A stretch of 64,000 nucleotides of DNA from IMG/VR virus record IMGVR_UViG_3300005826_000294, positions 124,001-188,000 of that record; one strand, given 5' to 3'. The notes beneath the pieces were generated by a model. That model did not search any database. It was not told the origin of the DNA and was given only the letters and a program-made list of their open reading frames with translations. Below, in pieces: positions 31,419-41,467 of the stretch. The position numbers were made by a program, and so were the translations under genes. Position 1 is the stretch's first letter, and each line of letters starts with the position of its first letter.

Positions 31419-31907
31419 TCAAATGTCCTTAGTAAGTTCCTGAATATACTCTTTTCTTTTCTTACCTTTAACATCATGATGATCTAAAAGTTGTTCAAGA
31501 TATAATTGGATTTTCTCGGGAGATTCATGATCATCCATATATTCTATTTGAGCCTGAAAGGCTTCTTGTTCATTTTCATCATCCAAATATTTATCTTTAT
31601 CTACTTTTCCTTTTACCATTCCAGCTTCTTGTTGAAAACAATGGGTCAGTTCGTGTATTACGTATCTCATAATATCTTCCCATTTTTCAGATTTTAATAA
31701 ATTTTCGTTTAAAATTATAATACCATTAATAGTTTTTGCTGATACATCTAATGGTTCAAATTTAATTTCAACAGAATCAACAAAGTCTATATCTTTATTA
31801 TATTTTTTACATTTCTCTTTATATGGTTCTTCTTTCTTAACTTCCTTTTTAATTTTTTTTATTAATCCATCATATAGTTTAGAAAGACGAGTCAATGTAA
31901 TCACCAT
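31419..31907 (-). CDS. Zinc metallopeptidase-like protein (HExxH)
   Basis: 'YVIHELTHCFQQ' plus a downstream 'ENEQEAF' third-ligand-type motif. Confidence 0.7.
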   Translation of the reverse strand: MVITLTRLSKLYDGLIKKIKKEVKKEEPYKEKCKKYNKDIDFVDSVEIKFEPLDVSAKTINGIIILNENLLKSEKWEDIMRYVIHELTHCFQQEAGMVKGKVDKDKYLDDENEQEAFQAQIEYMDDHESPEKIQLYLEQLLDHHDVKGKKRKEYIQELTKDI

Positions 31908-32808
31908 ATCCTATTTTTATTAAAAAACTATCAAATCTATTATGTATTTTTCTATATTTATTTTCATTAAAATGGGATTCTAAGTCCTTAATAACAAACG
32001 CAAACCAATTTAATTTCTTAATTTTTCTGCGTTTATATTTATCTCTATAAAAAACTTTATTAAAAACATCTTTTCCAAATATTGGTTTAAAATGTCCAAT
32101 TCCATCCCAACAAATAGCAATCTTTAATTCGGGAATTGTAATATCAATTTCATATGGAGGTATTAAATCATAATCGTGATGAATAATTTCAGCATTTAAT
32201 CTTTTGTTTAATTGATTATAAAATGCTATTTCTCTTTTTGATCCCAATCTCCCCGCTTCTTCCATCGCCTTCATAGATTTTATAGATCTTCTTATTTCAA
32301 TTCTCTTTACTCTTTCATTATATTTTTCGCAAGAAAACTCTTTAAATATTTTTATTATTGATGAAGAGCATAATGAAAATTTTTCTGCTATTTCTTTAAC
32401 AAATAAATTAGTATTAAAATAAGATAAAATCTGCTTTTTGGTCTCTTTGCTTATTGAATTAGGACGATCTTTCATCCTGTTTGATCTATAAATTGAATTA
32501 TTATGAAGATATTTTTTATAAATATTTTTATCTAAACTAACATATTTTTGAATTGTTCTTTTCTTAATATTAAATTTTTTGCTTAATTCCGTTAAACATA
32601 ATCCATTATTTACAGCATCATATATATCATAAATGTTTTTATTATAAACAGAATTATTACTATTAATTACTCTATTCTTAACAACTTTTTCACCAAATAC
32701 TTTAATCCAATAAGATTTAATTGTTCTTGGATCTAAATTATATTCTTTCTGTAATAATGTTAAGGGTTTAGTGGAATATATCTCTAAAAGTAGTTTATTT
32801 ATATCCAT
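31879..32808 (-). CDS. Multi-HTH protein with C-terminal DUF559/Vsr-like endonuclease
   Basis: 'PYEIDITIPELKIAICWDGIGHFKPIFG'; likely start at 32808 (MDINK), ORF track 32841. Confidence 0.7.
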   Translation of the reverse strand: MDINKLLLEIYSTKPLTLLQKEYNLDPRTIKSYWIKVFGEKVVKNRVINSNNSVYNKNIYDIYDAVNNGLCLTELSKKFNIKKRTIQKYVSLDKNIYKKYLHNNSIYRSNRMKDRPNSISKETKKQILSYFNTNLFVKEIAEKFSLCSSSIIKIFKEFSCEKYNERVKRIEIRRSIKSMKAMEEAGRLGSKREIAFYNQLNKRLNAEIIHHDYDLIPPYEIDITIPELKIAICWDGIGHFKPIFGKDVFNKVFYRDKYKRRKIKKLNWFAFVIKDLESHFNENKYRKIHNRFDSFLIKIGYGDYIDSSF

Positions 32809-32977
32809 CCAACTCTTCTTTTTGTAATTCAGCAATAGCAAGTGCTTGGTTTAAATTTGCTATACTTTCTTTCGCCACTTCAATTGCGTGCTGTAATCCT
32901 GCTATTTCTACTTTTACTTGCTTTAATGTAGATGGTTCGTTTATTCCTAAATACGCAATATACTTTTTAACTAACAT
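32795..32977 (-). CDS. Small coiled-coil hypothetical protein
   Basis: 60 aa amphipathic helix between two nuclease genes. Confidence 0.4.
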   Translation of the reverse strand: MLVKKYIAYLGINEPSTLKQVKVEIAGLQHAIEVAKESIANLNQALAIAELQKEELDGYK

Positions 32978-34052
32978 TTTTAATCCTTAAAACATTAAAA
33001 TCCTTATGTAAATTTTCAATTATCTTACTAACTGTTTTATTTACAATATACTTATCAACTTTTGAACAATCATCATCTATAATAATAACTTTCCATCCAA
33101 TTTTACATAATCTTTCTATTTTATCATTATCCCTTTCTTTAACTCTTTTTAATTTATTTTCACCAAAGATAGATTTCCTATGAAATGGTCCATCCCAAAA
33201 AATCGCTATTTTTTTTGATGGAATTGTAATATCTATTTCATATGGTTCGCAAATATCTAAATCATGATGTTTTACATTAAAAGATTGTTTTAATAATTTG
33301 TAGCATAAATTCTCGGGCTCAGATCCAGAAATACCATTTTTTCCACATTTTATTAAAGATTTTCGAAGACCTTCCTTTCTAACCATTATTAGCCTTTCTT
33401 CTCTATCTTCTTTACTAAAATTCTGAGAATAAAATTTTCTTACAGTTGCTTTTGATATATTACATTTAGAAGCAATTTCTTTTAAAGATGTTGAGGTAAA
33501 AAACATAATTCTAAGAGACTTCTTAATTTTCTTATCTATAACAGATAAATTCTTTATCTTTACATCTCTGTTTCTTTTAGAAGTTTTATTTTTACCATAA
33601 AACTCTATCCAATATTTATATGTAGTTTTATTATTACAACCAACCAATTTTGAAACATCTTTAATTGTTAAATCAGAATTAAATAAAGTTTTGATTTTAT
33701 TAATCTTTTCTTGAGATAAAACCCTTTTCCCATAATCTTTTATAGTTTTTGGTTTCCATCCAGCAATTTTTATATTTGGATTTCTTCTTCCATCTTTATA
33801 TTGTTTTGAAGTATCATTACTTCTTATAGTATGTAAAAACTTTTTAAAATCTATATTTCTTTTTAATAATTTTCTAATATAAGCAGGAGAACAAAAAATA
33901 TTATCTTGCTTTGATAATTGTATAACACCTTTATTAGTATTCAATATTAATTTATCTTGTTTTAGTCTAAATTCTTTATGTAATATATCTTTTTTATTCA
34001 TAATATGTCTAGATATATTTGAACTAATAATATTACAAACTGGACACTTCAT
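32967..34052 (-). CDS. Zn-finger plus multi-HTH protein with DUF559/Vsr-like endonuclease
   Basis: N-terminal CPVC...H...H; 'PYEIDITIPSKKIAIFWDGPFHRKSIFG'. Confidence 0.7.
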   Translation of the reverse strand: MKCPVCNIISSNISRHIMNKKDILHKEFRLKQDKLILNTNKGVIQLSKQDNIFCSPAYIRKLLKRNIDFKKFLHTIRSNDTSKQYKDGRRNPNIKIAGWKPKTIKDYGKRVLSQEKINKIKTLFNSDLTIKDVSKLVGCNNKTTYKYWIEFYGKNKTSKRNRDVKIKNLSVIDKKIKKSLRIMFFTSTSLKEIASKCNISKATVRKFYSQNFSKEDREERLIMVRKEGLRKSLIKCGKNGISGSEPENLCYKLLKQSFNVKHHDLDICEPYEIDITIPSKKIAIFWDGPFHRKSIFGENKLKRVKERDNDKIERLCKIGWKVIIIDDDCSKVDKYIVNKTVSKIIENLHKDFNVLRIKNVS

Positions 34053-35401
34053 AGTTCTTTAAGAATATCATTTTCAACCATCATTGCTTTATTTATAATT
34101 GTTTGTTCCGATAGTAATATTGGATTATAAATATTATTTTTATCTCCGCTTTCCCATCTATAAATAATTTTATGTTTTTTTGATATTTTATTTAAACGAT
34201 GTATTGTATGTAATAATAAATCTCCATATTTTTCTTTGGAAACACGATTTATATCGTTTGGAGCATATATAGAAGGATTTCCATGCCAAAAATCCCCTAA
34301 ATATTCATATACTATCCCTTCATATAAAGCATCAACAATATATTTACCTACTCTAATTTCACGATTTTTATTAGGTATTTTCAACTCATTAAGCCATTCA
34401 ATACAAGATATGGATACAGATTTATTATTACACATTGAACAACCAGTTCCATTAACTCGATTTTTAATATTAGCTTCCCATGAATGTCCTTTTTTACACT
34501 TCCACCAAACTTTCTTATGAGATTGAGGCAAATAAAGAGAAGGATCTAAATTTTTATCATAATCCCATTCTTTACATAAATCTGGATAATTAAATAATAA
34601 GTTATATTTACTATGAACAACTTTATTTTCACATATTAAACACTTATTTGTTCTTTTTACAAAAACACGAATTTTTAATTTATAACTATGACCTTTATCA
34701 CACTTCCACCAAACTTTCTTTACAGAACTAGGCAAATAATTTTTAGGAGAATCGTTCTTATCATAATCCCAATGTTTACAAATATCTGGAAAAAGAACAG
34801 ATAAATTATTCTCTTCCGTTGCTTTTTGCCCATCACAATAAGGACATCCATGTCCCGCTATCCGTGTCGCTGTTCGTGCTTTCCAAGTATGATTGTTTTT
34901 ACAAATCCACCATAAATTTTTGTTAGTAAAAGGTCTATGTTTGCTTGGATCAAAGTTATTCTTTTCTTGGTTAAGTTCCTTACACAACTCTGGATATTTA
35001 TATAATAAACTATCCTCTAATAATGTTTTTTTACTATTACAATAAGGACATCCATGGCCATTGGTTCGTGTATTTGGAGAAGCATCCCAGCTGTGTCCTT
35101 TATTACACTTCCACCATGTTTTTTTACATGACCCAGATGTGTATTGATTAGGATCTAATTTATTTTTATCATAATCCCATTCTTCACATAAAATAGGATG
35201 TTTAACTAATAAGTTATTTTCTTTTGATGGTTTTTTGCCAGAACAATAGGGACAACCACTATGTTTAGATTTCCTATTATTTATAGAAGCCTCCCATGAA
35301 TGATTGTTTTTACAAATCCACCACACTCTTTCTGCGGATTTATAGCCTTCTATAGAACCGTTTTTATCAAAATCCCATTCAGTATATAAATCTTTTATCA
35401 T
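34049..35401 (-). CDS. Repeated treble-clef zinc-ribbon (DUF4379-like) protein with PD-(D/E)XK-like nuclease
   Basis: About five repeats of 'EWDY.KN...S.KK.WW.C.KGHSW.A....R..G.GCPYC'; C-terminus 'YIVDAL...VYEYLGDFWHGNP'. Confidence 0.75.
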   Translation of the reverse strand: MIKDLYTEWDFDKNGSIEGYKSAERVWWICKNNHSWEASINNRKSKHSGCPYCSGKKPSKENNLLVKHPILCEEWDYDKNKLDPNQYTSGSCKKTWWKCNKGHSWDASPNTRTNGHGCPYCNSKKTLLEDSLLYKYPELCKELNQEKNNFDPSKHRPFTNKNLWWICKNNHTWKARTATRIAGHGCPYCDGQKATEENNLSVLFPDICKHWDYDKNDSPKNYLPSSVKKVWWKCDKGHSYKLKIRVFVKRTNKCLICENKVVHSKYNLLFNYPDLCKEWDYDKNLDPSLYLPQSHKKVWWKCKKGHSWEANIKNRVNGTGCSMCNNKSVSISCIEWLNELKIPNKNREIRVGKYIVDALYEGIVYEYLGDFWHGNPSIYAPNDINRVSKEKYGDLLLHTIHRLNKISKKHKIIYRWESGDKNNIYNPILLSEQTIINKAMMVENDILKEL

Positions 35402-36519
35402 TTTAATATTATAAACCTTTTTGATGGATTTTGATAAAAATAGTTAATAATATCTATAAATCTATATTCATCTTCGTCTTTTATATTACCATTATCTTCT
35501 ATTACTATATGACACCAATTCTTTTTATATAAATTTCTTTTTCTAATTATATCATTTATAATGGTTTTTCTATATGCCTCTTCACCAAATATTGGAGATC
35601 TATGACATTTCCCATCCCAACAAATTGCGATTTTCTTTGATGGAATACTTATATCTATTTCTAATGGAAATACAACTTCATAATCATGATGTATAACATT
35701 TCTTCTTCCAAATCTATTAGTTAATTTTCTATAAAATTTTCTTTCAGGCTTGGAACCAATAAATCTACAAAGTTTATAGGAAGATGCTGTTTTTCTTTGC
35801 TGAATTTGCTTCATTCTTATTTTTCTTTTTTTTAAATCTTCTTCTTTGAATATTTCGTTCCAAACTCTTTTAATACTTCCAGAAGATGTTTTACATATTT
35901 TACATATTTTTCTAATAGAAAGATCTGACTTAAAATATTTAATAATTTTCTTATAACTATATGGATCTCTATTTTCTATTTTTTGTAAAGAAGAACTCTT
36001 TTTCTGTCGTTGTTTTGAAATTCTTTTTCCTCTATAATGAATATCTTCACTATTAAAGTTATATTTCATTATCCTTGATACTGTATTATATCCACATCCA
36101 ACCTTTTTAGAGATTTCTGTAATTGTTAAATCAGTATAAAAAAGATCTCTAACTTTATTTATGATATTTTCATTAACAATGAAATATCTATTGCCAGTGT
36201 TTGTTAAGTTTTTATTAGGTTTTCTTTTTTTTAATTCATATTGCCGTTTTAAAGATAAAGAATTCATTAATGATTTTCTTTCTTTATATCCTTCAATCAT
36301 ACTCCATTGCTTACATATATAACCAAAACTTATTCTAAATCCATATTTAACACTTAATTTTTTTGATAAATCAACACATGAAATGTTTTTATTAAAATAA
36401 CTAATTATATCTTTATTAATAATATCAACAAAGTATTTATGATCTTTAACCTTAAAAATATGATTGCTTATTCCTTTAATTTGATATAACTTATTACAAA
36501 CTGGACACTTCATCGTCAT
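35398..36519 (-). CDS. Zn-finger plus multi-HTH protein with DUF559/Vsr-like endonuclease
   Basis: MKCPVC start; 'PLEIDISIPSKKIAICWDGKCHRSPIFG'. Confidence 0.7.
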   Translation of the reverse strand: MTMKCPVCNKLYQIKGISNHIFKVKDHKYFVDIINKDIISYFNKNISCVDLSKKLSVKYGFRISFGYICKQWSMIEGYKERKSLMNSLSLKRQYELKKRKPNKNLTNTGNRYFIVNENIINKVRDLFYTDLTITEISKKVGCGYNTVSRIMKYNFNSEDIHYRGKRISKQRQKKSSSLQKIENRDPYSYKKIIKYFKSDLSIRKICKICKTSSGSIKRVWNEIFKEEDLKKRKIRMKQIQQRKTASSYKLCRFIGSKPERKFYRKLTNRFGRRNVIHHDYEVVFPLEIDISIPSKKIAICWDGKCHRSPIFGEEAYRKTIINDIIRKRNLYKKNWCHIVIEDNGNIKDEDEYRFIDIINYFYQNPSKRFIILK

Positions 36520-37404
36520 TTATATTATCCTTCTTTGTCTTAAATGTCGTAACCTCATATAATTTGGGGAAACAGCAAGTACTCGAAATCCGCCGAAACC
36601 TGTTGGTATCGGTTTTATACTGTTTTTAATATACTTTAACATATCTGTATGTCTTTGAACGAAATGACTTAATTCATTATTTAAAGTAGCCGATAATGGG
36701 GGTGGGTTCATGGAGACACCATTATCTGTTAGTGTAAACTCTCTTCCTGCCTCAATTAACATTTGAGCGGCTGTAGCAAGAATAAAAGCACCCTCAACAA
36801 TTATATGAGCAAATCTTTTATATATTACTTCCATATCAAAAGTAAAATCTGTAAAATGAGGTGTTTGATTAAATTCACTTAAACTACATTTAAGAAAATA
36901 TACAAGTTCTTCATCTGTAAAAACAAAACAATCAACAAAGGTTGTATTACCATATGCATCAAGACTTTCAACTTCCAGATTATTCTTTAATCTTGCTTTT
37001 AGGCAAGTTAATAAGCAGTTAATACCTTGAATTTCCTCATCACTAAGAACTATCCTACAAGGATCTCCAATTTTATCTCCAGCGACACCAATATCAGCAT
37101 CTCTTTCAAGGACGATAAAGTTTAATCTCGCTTCCGTTGTAAAGCCATTTAGTGTTGCTCTCCAATGATCAACCCAAATACCTGTGGAGGAATTTTGTGG
37201 AACCATGAATGTTGTTCTATATCTACCAGAATCAATACGAGAAACATAAGCAGAAGAAAGGGAACGGACTACATTTCCTTGACTATCTATAATTTCAACT
37301 TCTGGAGATGAATCAGCATCGGCAACTTGACCTGTTGCATCTCTTAAATCTATTTCTAACACAACGGTCTGTCCTTTTATAACTTGCCTACAAGTTGTAA
37401 CCAT
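36520..37404 (-). CDS. Neck / head-tail adaptor protein (gp13-like) with N-terminal Ig-like domain
   Basis: 294 aa; helical C-terminal half 'FTDEELVYFL...SEFNQTP...EAGREFTLTDNGVS'; position in the neck cluster. Confidence 0.6.
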   Translation of the reverse strand: MVTTCRQVIKGQTVVLEIDLRDATGQVADADSSPEVEIIDSQGNVVRSLSSAYVSRIDSGRYRTTFMVPQNSSTGIWVDHWRATLNGFTTEARLNFIVLERDADIGVAGDKIGDPCRIVLSDEEIQGINCLLTCLKARLKNNLEVESLDAYGNTTFVDCFVFTDEELVYFLKCSLSEFNQTPHFTDFTFDMEVIYKRFAHIIVEGAFILATAAQMLIEAGREFTLTDNGVSMNPPPLSATLNNELSHFVQRHTDMLKYIKNSIKPIPTGFGGFRVLAVSPNYMRLRHLRQRRII

Positions 37405-38317
37405 TGTTCCTCCTAAAATGCTCTATATATAATAAAAACTCCTTTCTATCAAACTTATCACTTTTAGACATATTATCCTTTGCTTTCAACCATTGATGAT
37501 TTTCTGGAGCAAAGGCAGCCTTTATGTGTATTGGATCATTAAAATCAAATGCTGAGAGTGGGAAAATATGATCAATATGATATTCATCTATATTTTCTGG
37601 AAATGGTTTTAAATGATCAATAATATCATTATATTTTATACTTTTATTCTTTATATTTCCAAATCTTGCTCTTAATTTAGTTTTAATTCTATAATTATTA
37701 TCATTTTTATATCTTTCTTTTCTATAACAATTTCTACATATTGTTCCGTTTTCTGTTTTCTTATATCCTTCTTTTATTTCACCACATTTACATTTATGTT
37801 TTGGAGCTTCATAACATTTTTCGCACAAATTATTTTTCTTTATTCCTATATTTCCGCATTTACATAAAATAGTTTTTCTTTTATATTGTTTTCCATAACA
37901 TTTTGAACATAATTTATTTGCTTCGATTGGTTTTATTTCTCCACATTTACATTTATATTTTGGAGCTTCATAACATTTTACACAAATAGGAAAACCATCT
38001 ATATATGAATAAATTGGCATATGTTTAAAGCATTTAGAACATTCAATTATTTTTCCTTTATAACAAGAACGACATATCGGCCCTTCTTTTACTGCTATTT
38101 CTTTATTCTTTTTACATATACAACATATTTGTTTAGGAGACTTATAACATTTATTACATTTAGTTTTTGTAATCATTTTAGAGTAATTACCGCAATTAGG
38201 ACATGTTTTTTTAATCCTACTATAACATTTTACACAAAAACCTTTTGCTTTATGTGGTTTTATATCACCACAGGATTTACATTTAATCACAGGCAATTTC
38301 AATTCTTGGAAAACCAT
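37388..38317 (-). CDS. CxxC-repeat protein with C-terminal HNH endonuclease
   Basis: Many CxxC pairs; 'YHIDHIFPLSAFDF...PENHQWLKAKDNMSK'. Confidence 0.75.
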   Translation of the reverse strand: MVFQELKLPVIKCKSCGDIKPHKAKGFCVKCYSRIKKTCPNCGNYSKMITKTKCNKCYKSPKQICCICKKNKEIAVKEGPICRSCYKGKIIECSKCFKHMPIYSYIDGFPICVKCYEAPKYKCKCGEIKPIEANKLCSKCYGKQYKRKTILCKCGNIGIKKNNLCEKCYEAPKHKCKCGEIKEGYKKTENGTICRNCYRKERYKNDNNYRIKTKLRARFGNIKNKSIKYNDIIDHLKPFPENIDEYHIDHIFPLSAFDFNDPIHIKAAFAPENHQWLKAKDNMSKSDKFDRKEFLLYIEHFRRNNGYNL

Positions 38318-38606
38318 AAGGTCTTTCTACAACAAATTCAGCAATATTTTCTATTGTATCGTTCCCATATTCTCCCTGCATTATTGCTGTATAATTTCCT
38401 ATAATACTAAAAGATGTTTCCAACATATATGTGCCCTTTTTAAGTCTAAACATAGGGCGAGGATAACCAACAAGGTCAGTCCCATTAGGTTGAACAACTC
38501 TTTCAATTCTTGGATTTGCTATCTCTACAGGCACTCCATTTACTACAACTTCCCACGCTATTCTTGCGATATTGGGAGTTGGTTGAAAAGGTCCAATTCC
38601 AGGCAT
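38283..38606 (-). CDS. Small Ig-like virion protein (putative)
   Basis: 107 aa, beta-rich, TAATG-coupled. Confidence 0.5.
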   Translation of the reverse strand: MPGIGPFQPTPNIARIAWEVVVNGVPVEIANPRIERVVQPNGTDLVGYPRPMFRLKKGTYMLETSFSIIGNYTAIMQGEYGNDTIENIAEFVVERPYGFPRIEIACD

Positions 38607-38884
38607 TATACTGGTGTCCTCCTATATGTTATAAAAAGTGGGCAACCGACTTCTGGAGGAAAAGGATCATCATCTATAAATGTAAATTCTAATGCTCCTG
38701 TCTCAAAAAAATCATTATTCTTTGTATATGAAACTCCATTATAAATCACTATCAATGAATCAGGAATATATTCTTGAGTTGTATTAAATATAAGTTTATA
38801 TCCGTCAATTTGATCAGTTATGTCCTCTTCAACATGTAAGTGATCTGGAGCAACTGTTCCATCAAATAAAGAAGAAATCGGCAT
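38606..38884 (-). CDS. Small beta-sandwich virion protein (putative)
   Basis: 92 aa; 'LIVIYNGV...DF.E' domain related to the C-termini of 39282..41444 and 42306..42725. Confidence 0.5.
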   Translation of the reverse strand: MPISSLFDGTVAPDHLHVEEDITDQIDGYKLIFNTTQEYIPDSLIVIYNGVSYTKNNDFFETGALEFTFIDDDPFPPEVGCPLFITYRRTPV

Positions 38885-39204
38885 TAAGCCTCCTTAGCTG
38901 TCTTTTTCTTTTTAGTTTTTGGTTTTTCATCAACGATCAAAGGAGCTTCCATCTTTTCTTCTTCTACTACTTCTTCCTCAACTTTTTCTTCTTCTTCTCC
39001 ATTTTCTTGTAATACTGCTTGTTCTCGTAAAGCATTCATTCTACCAACTATAACCTTAATCATTTGTTCAGCACATTGAGCATATCCTGTATAAAATGCT
39101 TTTTGATCTAAAGCTTTATCTCTCACAGGTTCTAGTTGTAATTGCAGTTCTTGTAATCCATCAGCCATATTTCTCATTACTGTTACTTTTTCTTTATCTA
39201 CCAT
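38884..39204 (-). CDS. Hypothetical coiled-coil protein with acidic/basic tail
   Basis: 106 aa ORF in the operon. Confidence 0.55.
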   Translation of the reverse strand: MVDKEKVTVMRNMADGLQELQLQLEPVRDKALDQKAFYTGYAQCAEQMIKVIVGRMNALREQAVLQENGEEEEKVEEEVVEEEKMEAPLIVDEKPKTKKKKTAKEA

Positions 39205-39224
39205 TTCTTTAAACCCCTTTAACG

Positions 39225-39257
39225 AAAAAAAGGGACGGCGACTTCTGCCGCCGCCCC
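39225..39257 (-). terminator. Strong rho-independent terminator
   Basis: Minus strand GGGGCGGCGGC-AGAA-GTCGCCGTCCC followed by T7. Confidence 0.85.
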
Positions 39258-39281
39258 GATAGGCATTAACCTAAAATATTA

Positions 39282-41444
39282 TTAAGTCATGTCTACAATT
39301 TGAACAATTGCGTTCTTTCTTAAGTTTCCACTAAATAATAAATTATTTAATGTTCCTGTCTGTCGGGCAACGTCATTTGCTACAGCACCTACAGTAGCTT
39401 TTGATGTTGGATCGTTATAGAGAAGTTGTCCATTTCTATAAATGAAAATATTATCTCTAAACTGGATATCAGTATATGTACTTAAATCTATTGCTGTCCC
39501 CTGATCAGCTGTACGAGAACTATCAAGAGTATCCGCAATAGATTCAGCCAAAGTAACCTCATAAACAGCCCTTTCAGGATTTAGAGTTACTGCACTTAAA
39601 GCATCATCAATTCCCTCTAATACACCAATAAGACTATTTACATCACCAACTGGAGTAATATTATCAAATATAGGCATTACATAATAAGCATCAATCCATC
39701 TATGAGTTGTATCACCCATTTGATAAGAATCATCACAACATGGAGTAAGATCACTACAAACTTCTGCTACTGTTAAACAACCAGTGATCTCAAGATTTTC
39801 AATTGTAGTGTCAGTGAAAATCAAATTATCAGCAGTTAAATTAACAAAATAACCATCATTAAATCTATGAGTTGAGTCTCCAATATCATAAGCATCATCG
39901 CAACAAGGAATGATATCGCTACAAATTCCACCATTGAAAACAACACATCCATCAAAAGTTGTAAGTCCTGTAACGTTAAGGTCATCTCCAATACTTACAT
40001 CTCCTGTGGTTGTAACATTGGTTGTGTTAACGTCAGTTGCATTAACGGTTGTAGCATTAACAGTTGTTACATCTATTGTTACAGCATCTAAGTTTGTAAA
40101 ATAACCATCATTAAATCTATGAGTTGAATCTCCAATATCATAAGCATCATCGCAACAAGGAATGATATCGCTACAAATTCCACCATTGAAAACAACACAT
40201 CCATCAAAAGTTGTTGTTCCATTTATATCTATATCATTAGTAACATTAAGATCAGTTGTATTTATAATTGTTGTGTTGATTGTAGTTGTATTAACTGTAG
40301 TAGAATCAAGATTTACAAAATATCCATCCTGCCATCTTTGAGTTTCACTACCAATATCATAAGCATCATCACAACAAGGTAAAATATCACTACAAACCAC
40401 ACCATCAAAATTAATACAATCTTCACTTCCAGTGCCTAAGAAAATATCGCCATCAAGTAAAATGTCTTCACTGGATAATGTAAGTTTTCCATCTCCATCT
40501 AAACATAATGATGCTTGATAGGCGTTTGATCCATCACCAGAATTAAGAACTACACAGGCATCTAGATCATCTGTATTTCCTTCATCACCAACATGAACAA
40601 CCGGATTTTGTTTTACACCATCTTCATAAATAACAAATTGAAATCTATCTCCATTAACACTATCTGTAATCATACATAGATAGCCATCAATTAGAGCTGT
40701 TCCATCGCCACCAGATAGAACTAAACAAGCATCTTCATCAGTTGCGGCATCAGCATCATTATTAACCTGCCAAGAATCACTTGGTGTCCCTGTTAGATTA
40801 GTAGTGCTATTAAATATATTTTCTAATGCTTCTTGAACATCATCACCAACTACAACACCACTATCATCTACACCAATCTTGCTAGCACCAGAATCTCCAA
40901 TTTCTGTTGAAGAAAGATCACCATAAGCGTCACCCGCACCGATATAAGCAATTGCTCTATCTGGTACAACATCTGATCCAGCAGTAAAAGATGAAGATAA
41001 TCCCCAATATCCATCAAAAACCCAACCAGTACGATTATATCCATCAGTATCTCGCTCTGAAAGACCTGTCCATGAACTTAATGATTCTGTACCACTAACA
41101 TTAAGTGTAGTAATTGGATCAGTTACTAACATTTGTTCTGTATTTATATATGTGGTTGTTCCATTAACAGTGAAATCACCCTGGACAATCGCATTTGCTT
41201 TCATTTCTACATTACCAGTAAAAGTAACCTGACCATCACCTGTCTGATTAATTTCACCATCATCTGCATGAATCTCTAATCTGGTAGCACCCCCGTTGGC
41301 GCGATCTTGAAAAATTAACCCTGTTAAATATCCATCTTCTAAGTCGCCACCCGAATATCCGTCAATCGTTAATTGCGCAAATTCATAACTACCATTAGAA
41401 TCTAATTGATCTGGACGGAGAACTGAACGTTGTGCCATCATCAT
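39282..41444 (-). CDS. Acidic Cys-rich virion appendage (whisker/decoration-like) protein
   Basis: 720 aa; four 'SD..PCCDD.Y..G....R..D.Y' repeats; followed by a strong terminator; upstream of the neck genes like T4 wac. Confidence 0.55.
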   Translation of the reverse strand: MMMAQRSVLRPDQLDSNGSYEFAQLTIDGYSGGDLEDGYLTGLIFQDRANGGATRLEIHADDGEINQTGDGQVTFTGNVEMKANAIVQGDFTVNGTTTYINTEQMLVTDPITTLNVSGTESLSSWTGLSERDTDGYNRTGWVFDGYWGLSSSFTAGSDVVPDRAIAYIGAGDAYGDLSSTEIGDSGASKIGVDDSGVVVGDDVQEALENIFNSTTNLTGTPSDSWQVNNDADAATDEDACLVLSGGDGTALIDGYLCMITDSVNGDRFQFVIYEDGVKQNPVVHVGDEGNTDDLDACVVLNSGDGSNAYQASLCLDGDGKLTLSSEDILLDGDIFLGTGSEDCINFDGVVCSDILPCCDDAYDIGSETQRWQDGYFVNLDSTTVNTTTINTTIINTTDLNVTNDIDINGTTTFDGCVVFNGGICSDIIPCCDDAYDIGDSTHRFNDGYFTNLDAVTIDVTTVNATTVNATDVNTTNVTTTGDVSIGDDLNVTGLTTFDGCVVFNGGICSDIIPCCDDAYDIGDSTHRFNDGYFVNLTADNLIFTDTTIENLEITGCLTVAEVCSDLTPCCDDSYQMGDTTHRWIDAYYVMPIFDNITPVGDVNSLIGVLEGIDDALSAVTLNPERAVYEVTLAESIADTLDSSRTADQGTAIDLSTYTDIQFRDNIFIYRNGQLLYNDPTSKATVGAVANDVARQTGTLNNLLFSGNLRKNAIVQIVDMT
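39846..40214. repeat. 117-bp direct repeat (39846-39962 and 40098-40214), one synonymous mismatch
   Basis: Read directly from the sequence; encodes TTFDGCVVFNGGICSDIIPCCDDAYDIGDSTHRFNDGYF twice. Confidence 0.9.
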
Positions 41445-41467
41445 TGTACATATGCCTCCAAAATTAA

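Noticed and set aside
15779-35401. Eukaryotic giant virus origin, suggested by the Zn-ribbon and HNH repeat families
   Set aside because: Shine-Dalgarno sites, rho-independent terminators, operonic overlaps, Csp and a contractile tail point to a bacteriophage.
39846-40214. 117-bp repeat pair as DGR template/variable region
   Set aside because: Both copies are in-frame inside one gene, the single difference is synonymous and not at an adenine of the coding strand, and there is no reverse transcriptase in the window.
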